A stretch of 64,000 nucleotides of DNA from an uncultured bacterium (GTDB taxonomy: Bacteria; Patescibacteriota; JACMRA01): NCBI GenBank assembly GCA_963704645.1, contig OY969926.1, positions 864,001 through 928,000 of the forward strand, in the 5' to 3' direction. The translations under genes were made by a program, and so were the position numbers. The notes below the pieces were generated by a model. The model was given only the letters and a program-made list of their open reading frames with translations, made no database searches and was not told where the DNA came from. Below are positions 38,097-47,771 of the stretch, piece by piece (the stretch's first letter is position 1; every line of letters begins with the position of its first letter).

Positions 38097-40007
38097 TTAG
38101 TTAATTATGGAAATACCATCTGGTATATCTGAATAATTGCTAACAACTTTTGAGTTATTTTTCAAGTTATTTTTGAAATACTCCCTTGTTTCCTCATCAG
38201 TACAATAAATATAGCAACCCTTCATTCCTCTTGTCATTAAAGTTCTATAGGTATTTTTAATAATCATATCTGCCGTTTCTTTGGCTATTTCTGGGTTTTC
38301 TTTAAGCATCTTTTTATAACCAAAAATAGATTTATCCGTGCTTGCTCGTTTTGAAGCATCAGTAAGTATTTTACCATTTCTAACCATTAAATCTGGCCCA
38401 ATGATAACACCTGCATAATCTAGCTCTAAACCTTGGCAAGTGTGAATGCAACCAACTTCATTAACTGAATTTTTATGTACAATCCAAGCTTGTCCGTGCT
38501 CATTTAAATTCCATTTTGCAGAATAATCATCTATAATAATATCTTTTAATTCTGGTTGGGTTTTGCTAACCCATTTCCAACAATAGCCAGCCAAAATTCT
38601 AGATTTATTATTAAATTCATTTTTTTGAATAATTTTTTCATGAACTGATGAAGGGTTATCAATTACTTGGAAATCATAGTTTACTTCTTCAAGTGTATTA
38701 TTTGCTGTTGGCCTTATTTGTAAAACGTTATCAATCCAAGCTAAATAACCATCTGAACCATTACACCTAAACTGTGAAGCTAACTCAAGGGTATGTACTT
38801 TTGCACCTAAAATTTTTGCCCAACTTACAATTTCAGACTTTTGACCAATATCATTTAGCGTAACCCTTTGATCTTCATCTACGAAGAAAATGCTTAATTT
38901 AGCCGATTTAATAAGCTCCTTCACTTGATTCTCTCCAAGATGATTAAAAAGGCCAGATTTGGCATTTAGCCTGTGTGCTTCATCAACAATTAATGAATCA
39001 AAAGTATTTGGCTCTAAACTATGAAATGATCCAGAAGAACTAAATAAATTCTGAATTCTTGTTTTGGTAAATTTACCAGTTAATTTTACTTGATAAACCT
39101 CCCTAGGTGCTGAATTTTTTGTAACATACTGAGTCGCATCTCCTCTTTTTGTTAATTCTGTAAGTAAATTTATTGCTACAACAGATTTACCTGTTCCGGG
39201 CCCACCTTCAACAATTAAAACATTTTTATTATCTTCAGTTGATTCTTTTGCTAGTTTTAAAGCAGTTTCATAAACCAGTTTTTGCTCATCAATAAGAGTA
39301 AATTCAGCATTGCCATCTAACATTGAAGCAAGGTTGTCTGCCAAGGCTTTAGATGGTCGAATTTTGCCATGTTCTATTAAATAAATTGCATCGCCATTAT
39401 CTCCTTTTTTTACAAACTTCTTTATAAAATCTCTAAGCTTGATTGCGTCAGGCTTTAAAAAAATTGGGGCTCTATCCAGGTACTCTTTATAAAACTTGTT
39501 TGTTATTACTTCATCTGGTTCATAATTATGTAAATATGCACAAGGTGAAAGTAAAATTTCTTCTGTTTGTACATTACTATTATAATCTTCAATAAGACTT
39601 GCGTAAGACCAAACCTGATAAGATGGGTGGCAAACTTCACGAACATTTCCACCAACAAAGGTTTTAACCATGCCGTCTAAATCTGTTATATCCGCTGTCT
39701 CCCACTGTTTTAATTCTACTAATACAACTGACTTTTGCTTATTCTCATTTGTACCTGTTATTATAAAGTCTATCCTTTTGGAGTTTTGAGGAACCTTATA
39801 TTCAATTGCAATCCCTGCATTATCAGGAATTTGAGAATCGGAAATAATCTTGTCCATGTACATCATTGAGTTTTTCCACGAAGCAATCTCTGCCCTTCCA
39901 GTTGCATAACCCATTTCACGAACAAAAGAAGTTAAAATTTCCGTCTCAATTCTATTATTCAGCACATCTTCCATGAATAACTTTTTTGTAGATGAATAAA
40001 TAATCAT
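38097..40007 (-). CDS. DUF2075 (Schlafen group 3-like) helicase with N-terminal PD-(D/E)xK-like domain
   Basis: IEY..RIDF..VELKQW, GGPGTGKS, DEAHR, QFRC, QGLELDY and LMTRG motifs. Confidence 0.9.
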   Translation of the reverse strand: MIIYSSTKKLFMEDVLNNRIETEILTSFVREMGYATGRAEIASWKNSMMYMDKIISDSQIPDNAGIAIEYKVPQNSKRIDFIITGTNENKQKSVVLVELKQWETADITDLDGMVKTFVGGNVREVCHPSYQVWSYASLIEDYNSNVQTEEILLSPCAYLHNYEPDEVITNKFYKEYLDRAPIFLKPDAIKLRDFIKKFVKKGDNGDAIYLIEHGKIRPSKALADNLASMLDGNAEFTLIDEQKLVYETALKLAKESTEDNKNVLIVEGGPGTGKSVVAINLLTELTKRGDATQYVTKNSAPREVYQVKLTGKFTKTRIQNLFSSSGSFHSLEPNTFDSLIVDEAHRLNAKSGLFNHLGENQVKELIKSAKLSIFFVDEDQRVTLNDIGQKSEIVSWAKILGAKVHTLELASQFRCNGSDGYLAWIDNVLQIRPTANNTLEEVNYDFQVIDNPSSVHEKIIQKNEFNNKSRILAGYCWKWVSKTQPELKDIIIDDYSAKWNLNEHGQAWIVHKNSVNEVGCIHTCQGLELDYAGVIIGPDLMVRNGKILTDASKRASTDKSIFGYKKMLKENPEIAKETADMIIKNTYRTLMTRGMKGCYIYCTDEETREYFKNNLKNNSKVVSNYSDIPDGISIIN

Positions 40008-40009
40008 AT

Positions 40010-40390
40010 TTAATTTAGTTCTGTATATTTTTTTGAAGAACCTACAGTCTTTTCAACTGGATATTTAACTGAATTTTTTTCAATTTTATTTTTAGCAATA
40101 TCAAGTAAATTAACATTTAGAACATCCGCTAAATTGATTAAATAAATCAAAATATCTGCCATCTCTTCCTTTATTCCTGTTATTTTGTCAGTTTTTATTA
40201 AATTTTCAACGTCTTGAGATTTCACCCATTGAAAACACTCCATCAATTCTGCAGCTTCAATTGATATTGAAATTGCTAAATCTTTTGGATTATGAAATTG
40301 TTTCCAATCTCGATCATCACGAAATTTGATGATTTTTTTAACTAATTCGTCATAAGAACTAGCATTAGTATTATTTGAATTTATAGACAT
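40010..40390 (-). CDS. MazG-like nucleotide pyrophosphohydrolase
   Basis: RDWKQFHNPKDLA, EAAELME, EEMAD and KYPV motifs. Confidence 0.93.
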   Translation of the reverse strand: MSINSNNTNASSYDELVKKIIKFRDDRDWKQFHNPKDLAISISIEAAELMECFQWVKSQDVENLIKTDKITGIKEEMADILIYLINLADVLNVNLLDIAKNKIEKNSVKYPVEKTVGSSKKYTELN

Positions 40391-40396
40391 TTAGAG

Positions 40397-40489
40397 CAAC
40401 TAAATTAATACCCTAAAATTACACTTAAACCCTTCCTTTTGGCAAATATGGGTAGTACAAGCTTTGGTCTGAAAATAAACGGTTAAAAG
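40397..40489. repeat. ~93-bp direct repeat (copy 1) containing a minus-strand TTGCCA promoter
   Basis: Second copy at 42126-42218; the first ~59 bp differ by one base. Confidence 0.92.
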
Positions 40490-40513
40490 ATCTAAACTCT
40501 ATAATACTTAATT

Positions 40514-40954
40514 CTAGCTTTCTTTGCTTAAGGCTTTAAATAATTTAAACAGCCACTCATCGTCAGTATCAGTTTCAGTTATAATTCTTAAAATGAACTC
40601 TTGTAAAAGCTCTTTGTCTATTTTATTTTCAGCCACTTCTACTACAATATTTTCCATTTCAATAAGAAACTTTTCTGCTAGGTTTTTACTAAAATTTAAA
40701 CTAATAAAGTAGGTTCCAAGGGCTAAAGCTGTTCTTTTGTTGCCATCATTAAAACAGTGAAATTTAACCAGTGCAAAAAATAAATGGGTAATTTTATCTA
40801 AAAAATTGGGATAATATATATCGTTTTGGATATGCGTTAAAATGCTTTCTATTTGCCCCAAATCTTTCACACCTTTTAGTCCAGACTCTTTTTCTAAAAT
40901 TCTTGTATGAACAAAAATGGCTTTTTCCAAACTAATATAAACAATTCTTTCCAT
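40514..40954 (-). CDS. Fic/Doc (death-on-curing) family toxin
   Basis: HCFNDGNKRTA motif. Confidence 0.92.
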   Translation of the reverse strand: MERIVYISLEKAIFVHTRILEKESGLKGVKDLGQIESILTHIQNDIYYPNFLDKITHLFFALVKFHCFNDGNKRTALALGTYFISLNFSKNLAEKFLIEMENIVVEVAENKIDKELLQEFILRIITETDTDDEWLFKLFKALSKES

Positions 40955-40956
40955 AT

Positions 40957-42069
40957 TTATCTATCTTTTAGTCTTTTAAAAATATCTTCGTGGTTATCTA
41001 TTAGCTTAATAAATTCTTCAGTTTTTTGCTCTATTTGTTCACTTTCTTCAGACAAAAACTTTTGATATTCTTCTTCAGACAGTGATGACAAATATGGCTC
41101 TAGGGCTTCGTGTAAAATATCTCTAAAAGCTTTATCACGGCTGGCCATTAACATTCTTGCGGTGTCTTTAATTGGTTTTAAAAAGGGAGAATTGAAACAA
41201 AATTTAAAAACTTCCTCGGCCTCGTCTTGTAATAAAGGTCTTTTCTGGTCTTCATATTTTTGCTTTAAAGCTTCAGTTATGCCATTTTCATAACCGGAAA
41301 CTACATCTAATATCTCTCTGTAAAGTGTGTGCCTAAGGTTATCTCTTGCCCCTAATTTAAGCAGTTGTCTATATTCTCTGGCGTTTTCACCGAATAAGTC
41401 TTTATATATTAAATCTGTAAAATATGGATACTTAAAATTTCCCAGCTCTGGTGAAAGATAGTCTTTTAAACCATCTGTAAAAGCTTTTCTATAGTCTTTG
41501 TTTTGCAAATAGCTTTGTGTAAAAGTTTCGTCTCGCTGATTAATATATTTGGTTTTACCACCTGTTTTAGATCTCATCACATCTACTACAATATCTAATA
41601 TCTTAGATCTTAATTCTTGTGCTACTAAACTATTTTTAAGAAGCATTCCAACGTTTAGAAAAGCTCTAAAATCAAAAACACCCAAGACAGTAGTTTTGGT
41701 ACCTGCAGGTTTGCGGTTCACATCTGGGTTTGTGTCTATTTCATCAGCTTTTGACGTAAAATTAGAATTATCACTTTTGGTACCGACATTGTTGTCGCTC
41801 ACATACTTATTTTTGGCTATTTTAAGGCGTTTTCCCGTAAGAATTTCGTAGCCATTTTTTCGTAGTTCTTGCTCGTTTTCTTCTATCATCCTTTCCAAAG
41901 TTCTCTCATCAACTTGATAAAAATCTGCTACATCTTGTTTTAGAATATAAATTTTACCTTCCATTTCAAAATAAGGAAAATTTTTCACTTCTTCCTGAAT
42001 TTTAGACAAAGCAAAGGGGTTATTTAGTATATTTTGCCGGTCAATGTTAGATTGTGTTATATCTGGCAT
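40957..42069 (-). CDS. DNA-binding protein of the type usually paired with Doc
   Basis: IDRQNILNN, VADFYQVDERT, FLNVGMLL and GGKTKYINQRD motifs; 2 nt upstream of doc. Confidence 0.75.
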   Translation of the reverse strand: MPDITQSNIDRQNILNNPFALSKIQEEVKNFPYFEMEGKIYILKQDVADFYQVDERTLERMIEENEQELRKNGYEILTGKRLKIAKNKYVSDNNVGTKSDNSNFTSKADEIDTNPDVNRKPAGTKTTVLGVFDFRAFLNVGMLLKNSLVAQELRSKILDIVVDVMRSKTGGKTKYINQRDETFTQSYLQNKDYRKAFTDGLKDYLSPELGNFKYPYFTDLIYKDLFGENAREYRQLLKLGARDNLRHTLYREILDVVSGYENGITEALKQKYEDQKRPLLQDEAEEVFKFCFNSPFLKPIKDTARMLMASRDKAFRDILHEALEPYLSSLSEEEYQKFLSEESEQIEQKTEEFIKLIDNHEDIFKRLKDR

Positions 42070-42125
42070 AGCTTGAAGGTTTTATTTTGTTTATAGCTTA
42101 ATCTTTCATTATATATAGAAATGTA

Positions 42126-42218
42126 CAACTAAATTAATACCCTAAAATTACACTTAAACCCTACCTTTTGGCAAATATGGGTAGCCAAAGCTTCAGTCTG
42201 AAAATATATGCTTAAAAA
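42126..42218. repeat. ~93-bp direct repeat (copy 2)
   Basis: Matches 40397-40489. Confidence 0.92.
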
Positions 42219-42317
42219 GGTTAGAGTAGGGCAGTGTAACTTTCATTGCCAAACCCTAAAAACTGTGCTTTTCTATAAGTATTGTTTCAATTTTGAACAA
42301 TTTAAGGAGTAAAAGTA

Positions 42318-42569
42318 ATGGATCCCAGATTTGAAAAGTATAGAAATGAAACTTATTTTCTAGCTGTAGTTTGCGGCGTAACAATAACCTTAACAAAAAA
42401 TGAGGTAAGACCCATTGCCAAGAAAATTACAGGACTTTCTGACAAGCCCTTCTTTCCAGAGACCATTGTGGATATCGCTCCAACTGACGTTGCTTACGGT
42501 GGTTTAATAGTTTTAGTTTCAACGCTAGTCTTTGCTTTCGGTGTGCTAACTTTTGGAAAGAGGGGGTGA
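42318..42569 (+). CDS. Cassette 1: small 2-TM protein, paralog of 44906..45142
   Basis: RPI.K.ITGLSDK...V.IAPTD.AY.G shared; promoter at 42246, AAGGAG SD, terminator at 42595-42623. Confidence 0.8.
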   Translation: MDPRFEKYRNETYFLAVVCGVTITLTKNEVRPIAKKITGLSDKPFFPETIVDIAPTDVAYGGLIVLVSTLVFAFGVLTFGKRG

Positions 42570-42594
42570 GTTTTTTTGTTCAGTACAAATATTT

Positions 42595-42623
42595 AAATAG
42601 CTTGAGTGACACAGGCTATTTTT
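42595..42623 (+). terminator. Conserved cassette terminator AATAGCTTG-N5-7-CAGGCTATTTTT (also at 43970-43995 and 44763-44790)
   Basis: Three copies downstream of three non-homologous ORFs. Confidence 0.85.
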
Positions 42624-42656
42624 CTTTGCTCTAAAATCTCTCATTTCTTGGGCTAA

Positions 42657-43626
42657 TTAAGTAAAAAACCTATCAAAGGCCAAATCAATTTGCTTTCTAA
42701 ACTCTGGAAATTCGCTTTTCGACATTATTTGTATGGCAAACAACAGCTTAATTTCGTTTTCAAAGTTTTCATCCCAAAGTTCTGGATATTGGTTTATAAA
42801 CACATCAAAAACGTGTGGCATTTGTGTGGTATAAAACTTTTTAAGCTGTGCTGGAACAACGGCCGTGGGTAGGAAAGTAAATAAAAATACTGCAAGTAAT
42901 TCTCTAAATCTTGGGGCAAAGTGTGAATAATCAAAATCTATAAAAATTTAAGTTTAAGTTTTCATCAATCAAAATATTTTCTAGGTGAACATCGCAGTGA
43001 ATTAAAAATATTTCTTGGCTAATTAATTTTTCAGAGGTATTTTTTCTAATTTCTTGGAAGGTTTGTCTTATATTTTCAGGCAAATGTTTGCCGTCTTTAG
43101 CTATTGTTCTATCAAATTCATCTAAAATTCGCTTGGTGGAATATTCAAAGTTAAATATTGGCTGGTGAAAATCTTTTAATTTATCAATAACTTTTACAAT
43201 TGTTTTAATTTGGTCTTCGGAATTTAATTTGTAGAAAAAATCAACTAGCGGTTTAGACTTAGTGTAATACTCACTCACTACCACAGCAGTTCCTAATGCT
43301 TCATCATATTCAGTAAAAAACAGAATTCCTAAACTTGTTAACGAAATTTTAGATTCAGCTAAATCTGTATAATTTTGAATTAGTCTTTGCTTATAAACCC
43401 CCTCATTTCTTAGCTGGTTTTTATATTTAGGAACAAAAATTTTCACAATTATTTCTTGCCCAATAAGAACGGTTAGGGTGGTTTGTCCACCTTCCATAAT
43501 TTTAATTGGCTCATTAACTAATTTAGGGTAATTTTGTGAAATCCAATGCGGTAATACTTCCAGTTTCTCTAAAGAAATTTCCGATAAAGATAGTAAAAAC
43601 TGAGGATTAACAATATTTTTTAGCAT
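42657..43626 (-). pseudogene. Aminoglycoside/choline phosphotransferase (APH-like kinase), frameshifted
   Basis: HCDVHLENIL (Brenner motif) is in the first frame. IDFD and ~90 further codons are in another frame after a T5 run (42942-42946), ending at TAA 42657-42659. Confidence 0.8.
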
Positions 43627-43756
43627 ATTTTCTTATCATTTAAAAGCGGTATAAAGCCAAGCTTGTCAAAACGTTGTGGTAAAAGAAATTGGTGGGTTAC
43701 AATTGCCAAATGCCAAAAACTGTGCTTTTATGTAAGTAGAACTTTTGGATTAAATA

Positions 43757-43960
43757 ATGTTGTATAAAAACATTTACCGCTATGGTTTGGGTTTGACATC
43801 GATCATCGTAGTTTTACTGTTAGCTATTCTTTTCATCCCAGAGCTTGGAACTAAGACAAGTAAAGATCCTAAGAATGATAACATAATTTACATACTTATT
43901 TGGACTGGAAGTGCATCAGCCTTAGCCACATTTTGGGCAAGGGGGAAACTAGAAGGATGA
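43757..43960 (+). CDS. Cassette 2: small 2-TM protein
   Basis: Promoter TTGCCA at 43703; terminator at 43970-43995. Confidence 0.7.
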   Translation: MLYKNIYRYGLGLTSIIVVLLLAILFIPELGTKTSKDPKNDNIIYILIWTGSASALATFWARGKLEG

Positions 43961-44076
43961 CTTATAAAGAATAGCTTGAACCACAGGCTATTTTTCTATG
44001 GGAGTCTTAAATTGCCAAATGCCAAAAAGCATGCCTTAATTAGTTGTTATTCTATTTTAGAACAAACTGAGGAAAA

Positions 44077-44328
44077 ATGTCTCAAAAGAATACGGATTAT
44101 TTATTGCCAGCTATATATCTTCTAGTTGTGTGGATGTTTGTAAACTCCACTTGGAGGTTTTTTGGAGATCTAATTTCAAACATGTTTGGGTTATCCAACC
44201 AACCCAATTTTTACGAAGTAGGTAATATTTTTAGAATAATATTGCCATCGCAGGCTGCATTACCATATGTTTTTATGGTTGGAATGTTGTCCGGGTGGGT
44301 ATATTATAAATATATAGATAGAATTTAA
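44077..44328 (+). CDS. Cassette 3: small 2-TM protein
   Basis: Promoter TTGCCA at 44012, GAGG SD, terminator TTGCCCTG-CAAGC-CAGGGTGA. Confidence 0.7.
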   Translation: MSQKNTDYLLPAIYLLVVWMFVNSTWRFFGDLISNMFGLSNQPNFYEVGNIFRIILPSQAALPYVFMVGMLSGWVYYKYIDRI

Positions 44329-44437
44329 TTTTAATTGCCCTGCAAGCCAGGGTGATATTTTTTTAGAAAAGGTTTGCTAAAATTATTAAACTGTGCCTAA
44401 ATAAGAAAGTTGCTGAAATTATAACAATGGAGATAAA

Positions 44438-44755
44438 ATGATTCTAATTCAATTTGTGGTAGGCATTCTGATATCAATATTTGCAGAATATCTTCTGAAG
44501 AATATTATAACTTCAACTAGCGAAACAACCTTTGTTTTATTGTTTGCCATTTTTTTTCTAGTAGGTTTGGCAGTTACTTTTATTTGTGTACCACGTAAAA
44601 TGCTGTTCAATTTTTTCGCATCAGCATTTCTAGGGTATGTTTTTAGTATCAGTTATTTTGCACTGATAGGCTCAGTGCTTACGCTAGATAAGACATTTCT
44701 TTTACTTTTTTACTTCGTAATTTTATATATATACGTGCTGGGCGTGACAGCCTAA
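44438..44755 (+). CDS. Cassette 4: small 4-TM protein
   Basis: Promoter TTGCTA at 44374, GGAG SD, terminator at 44763-44790. Confidence 0.7.
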   Translation: MILIQFVVGILISIFAEYLLKNIITSTSETTFVLLFAIFFLVGLAVTFICVPRKMLFNFFASAFLGYVFSISYFALIGSVLTLDKTFLLLFYFVILYIYVLGVTA

Positions 44756-44905
44756 TTTTAATAATAGCTTGAGTTACACAGGCTATTTTTCTTATTCTAA
44801 ATTTTTTGCACATTATTTTTTCTTGTTTTTAAAAATATTTGCCAAACATTAAAATATTTAGCTTCTTATTTACATAGTTCAATTTGAAACAATTTAGAGG
44901 AAATA

Positions 44906-45142
44906 ATGAATTTGAGACTAAGGAACTATGAAAAAAAAGTAAATTTAACAGCTCTGTTTTTCGGAGTCTTCGCCACTCTTACCAGGGAAGCAGCAAGACC
45001 AATTGTTAAAAGTATAACAGGTTTGTCTGATAAAATTTATGAAGGTTTGGTTGTTGAAATTGCGCCAACTGATATTGCGTATATTGGTGTAATTGCGCTT
45101 ATTGTTTGCAGTGCTTTATTTCTGCTCAACCAGCGCAAGTAG
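44906..45142 (+). CDS. Cassette 5: small 2-TM protein, paralog of 42318..42569
   Basis: Shared protein motif; promoter TTGCCA at 44839; GAGG SD. Confidence 0.8.
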   Translation: MNLRLRNYEKKVNLTALFFGVFATLTREAARPIVKSITGLSDKIYEGLVVEIAPTDIAYIGVIALIVCSALFLLNQRK

Positions 45143-45215
45143 TGAAGCTAAACTAATTCAATTTGTGTTGTAAATAATATTCTGCACCCTAAATAATAGG
45201 GTGTTTTTCTTTGCC

Positions 45216-46184
45216 CTAAAACCTTTTTGCCCAACCCTGCCTGTTTATTTTTATAAATCTTAAAATGTTAATAATTATAAGTAATTCTTTCACAATGTCT
45301 AAAATTTGCTTGTAGTCTGTGGCTTTTAAATAAATTTTAGGGTCGAACAAATTAACTGGTTCTGGTGAAATTTTGTTTGTGCTTACTGGTTTCCAGCTAA
45401 AAAATATTTTTCGATCATTCACTATTAAGGTAATTTTCTGGTTGAATCTTTGGTGCAAATCTAGCAAATAATCCATAACCGCAGGGTTTAAAATGAACCT
45501 GGCAAATACTTCATCGTTACTGTAAAAATCGTATATTTCAGCTAATCTTGGGCTTTCTAAGTTAATTTTTAGCAATTCAGGAAACTTTCTAAACTTGGTT
45601 TTTTCAACCACATGCAAAATTCCACCATAAGTAGAATAATTTAAGTCCATAAAACCCAATAAACCTTTAAATGTAGTTGTTTTTGTTAAATTAAAATTGG
45701 CATGTGTCGTATTTTCGCTTATAAAAATTTCAGACATTTCAAAAGGCATGCCATCAATATTTGTAATTACCAAGTCTTCCCCAGAAATAATTGTGTCTGG
45801 TGTATAGTTTAAATCTAAAATTCTAGAAGACAATATTGCATCTATTTCCAAGTGTCTTTCCGGGTAATAAGACATATTGGGGAAAATTGCCTGAAATAAT
45901 GGTTGAATAATTTCGTTTTTGTATCTTTTTTTGTATGGTTTTTGCCCAAGAAATACCATAGCCAAACTTCCAAAGATAAAATATGAACAAGCAAAAGCCA
46001 AATCAAAGTCACGCTCGAACGGAGCCACAAAAAGTAAAAGCAAAGTGAAAATTAAGGCTATTCCAGCTGCAATTCTAGTTGTACTCCAAATAATCTTTCT
46101 AAGCTTTTCAAGCTCAACTAATTTGTGTTCTAAGTTTTGTGCAACAAAGTCCTCCACCTGCTTAAAATATTCGTCCGAGTTCAT
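45216..46184 (-). CDS. DUF3137-like membrane-anchored protein
   Basis: Two N-terminal TMs; GEDL, TTFKGL, LESP and ARFILNPAVM motifs. Confidence 0.8.
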   Translation of the reverse strand: MNSDEYFKQVEDFVAQNLEHKLVELEKLRKIIWSTTRIAAGIALIFTLLLLFVAPFERDFDLAFACSYFIFGSLAMVFLGQKPYKKRYKNEIIQPLFQAIFPNMSYYPERHLEIDAILSSRILDLNYTPDTIISGEDLVITNIDGMPFEMSEIFISENTTHANFNLTKTTTFKGLLGFMDLNYSTYGGILHVVEKTKFRKFPELLKINLESPRLAEIYDFYSNDEVFARFILNPAVMDYLLDLHQRFNQKITLIVNDRKIFFSWKPVSTNKISPEPVNLFDPKIYLKATDYKQILDIVKELLIIINILRFIKINRQGWAKRF

Positions 46185-46349
46185 ACTTAGTATTAAAACA
46201 AATGTTTTGGGTTTAGCCTAATTCGAAATATCTTTTAATAACCGAACAAGGTTTTTAAATCTTCATTTAAATTGCATAAAAAAAGAGCCTAAAAAATTCT
46301 AAACTCTAGTTTGTATTTTATTTGTTTCTACCGGCGTATTGTTGCCAAA

Positions 46350-46800
46350 TTAGTTTGAATAACCAATAGCTTCCGATAGATCAGCACCATTGAGATTTAC
46401 CCGATCAAGTATTGCACCAGTTAGATTAGCATCAGATAGATCAGCATCTGTTAAATCTGTGTTTTGCAAACATGCCCAACTTAATGTTGAATTAGTCATG
46501 ATTGCTCTACACAGAATAGCCCCTGATAGATCCGCATTATTCAGAACAAGAAAGGATTCTGAAGTAATATCAGAAAAGTTTGCTCCTGTTAAATTTCCAT
46601 ATTGCAGGTTTGTTCTAGTCAGAATAGCTCTAGAAAGATCAGCTCTATTCAAATTAGCTCCGCCTGATATGTCTGCCCTCGAGAGATCTGCTTCCGAAAG
46701 ATTCGCGCCTTCCAAATTTGCTTTAAACAACTTTGCATTTGTCAGATTCGTGCGTTGAAGATTCGCACCAGAAAAATTAACACCATTCAGAAAAGCTTCA
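46350..46800 (-). pseudogene. Pentapeptide repeat protein, 5'-truncated
   Basis: A(N/D)LxX repeats continue upstream of the track start to ~46800, where a 30-bp repeat and an in-frame stop occur without a start codon. Confidence 0.75.
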
Positions 46801-46935
46801 GTTTTTAAAACAAATGTTTGGGTTTAAGCTAATTTTGTTGATTCACATAAATAAATCTTAGGATGTTAAGAATTGTTCACAATTAATTTAATGGCTGGTT
46901 AATAAATTCAATCTAAGTTATAATTTGCTCATTCT

Positions 46936-47745
46936 ATGATAGAAGACTCGTATAACCAAAGAAGTGAATTTGAGCTGAGAAGCACTATAGAATACTTTGA
47001 AAACAGAAAAGAGCAAATAACCATGCAAGAACTTTCTGATTTTTTTGGAGTAATTTTAGTCCATTCGCTTCCCGATGACACCGAAGATCAGGTGCTAAAT
47101 GATAAAATTAAAGACTATACTAGCTATCAATTGTTAGAAATCGCTTTAGATAAATGTTTAAATAATCCAATTGAAAATTTGGCTTTCTGCTCTGTGCAAA
47201 GAGGTGATGATTACAACCGATGGTTTGGCAGATTTTTTGGTGTAGTTACCTTGAGCGGAAAAATTGTACAGACTTCTGTAAGCGACGCAAATTCTTGGCA
47301 TAAAGAGCATGGGCATTATGAAGAGACATCAACCAATAAAGACATTTTAGCCGCCATTAGACCAGGTAAAAGTTCCAAAAAAAATGAAATAAATATTAGA
47401 ACTGAGCCAAATCTTCTTCTACCTTTTTTAGACTTAGACCATGTTTTAGGAAGCCTAAAGTGGGGTGCTCAAACAAAAGAACGCCTTACAAATTTATCTG
47501 TAGTTGATCAATTCTTTAGGTTTAAAAAACTTATGGATGAACGGAATCTTCCTTATATTGGCTTATACAAAGGGAGTGTGGTTGAATTTGTACCTGAAGT
47601 AATGGCTGAAGAAATTAGTGGTTTTGAAGAAATAACTGAAGAAAATTATCAAAAATGGAGAAGCAATATGGCTATGCTAAAGGTTAAGATGAATTATTTA
47701 AAACCATTAACTTTTGACCAGCTCACTAACTTTACAAAGCTTTAG
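46936..47745 (+). CDS. Hypothetical protein
   Basis: 269-aa ORF with ATG start. Confidence 0.65.
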   Translation: MIEDSYNQRSEFELRSTIEYFENRKEQITMQELSDFFGVILVHSLPDDTEDQVLNDKIKDYTSYQLLEIALDKCLNNPIENLAFCSVQRGDDYNRWFGRFFGVVTLSGKIVQTSVSDANSWHKEHGHYEETSTNKDILAAIRPGKSSKKNEINIRTEPNLLLPFLDLDHVLGSLKWGAQTKERLTNLSVVDQFFRFKKLMDERNLPYIGLYKGSVVEFVPEVMAEEISGFEEITEENYQKWRSNMAMLKVKMNYLKPLTFDQLTNFTKL

Positions 47746-47771
47746 CAAATTTTTTGTGTGAATCATTCAAG

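Noticed and set aside
42240-45215. Classical integron cassette array
   Set aside because: The repeats are promoter and terminator motifs without RYYYAAC/GTTRRRY attC boxes, the cassettes have their own promoters, and the only tyrosine recombinase is a distant Xer type.
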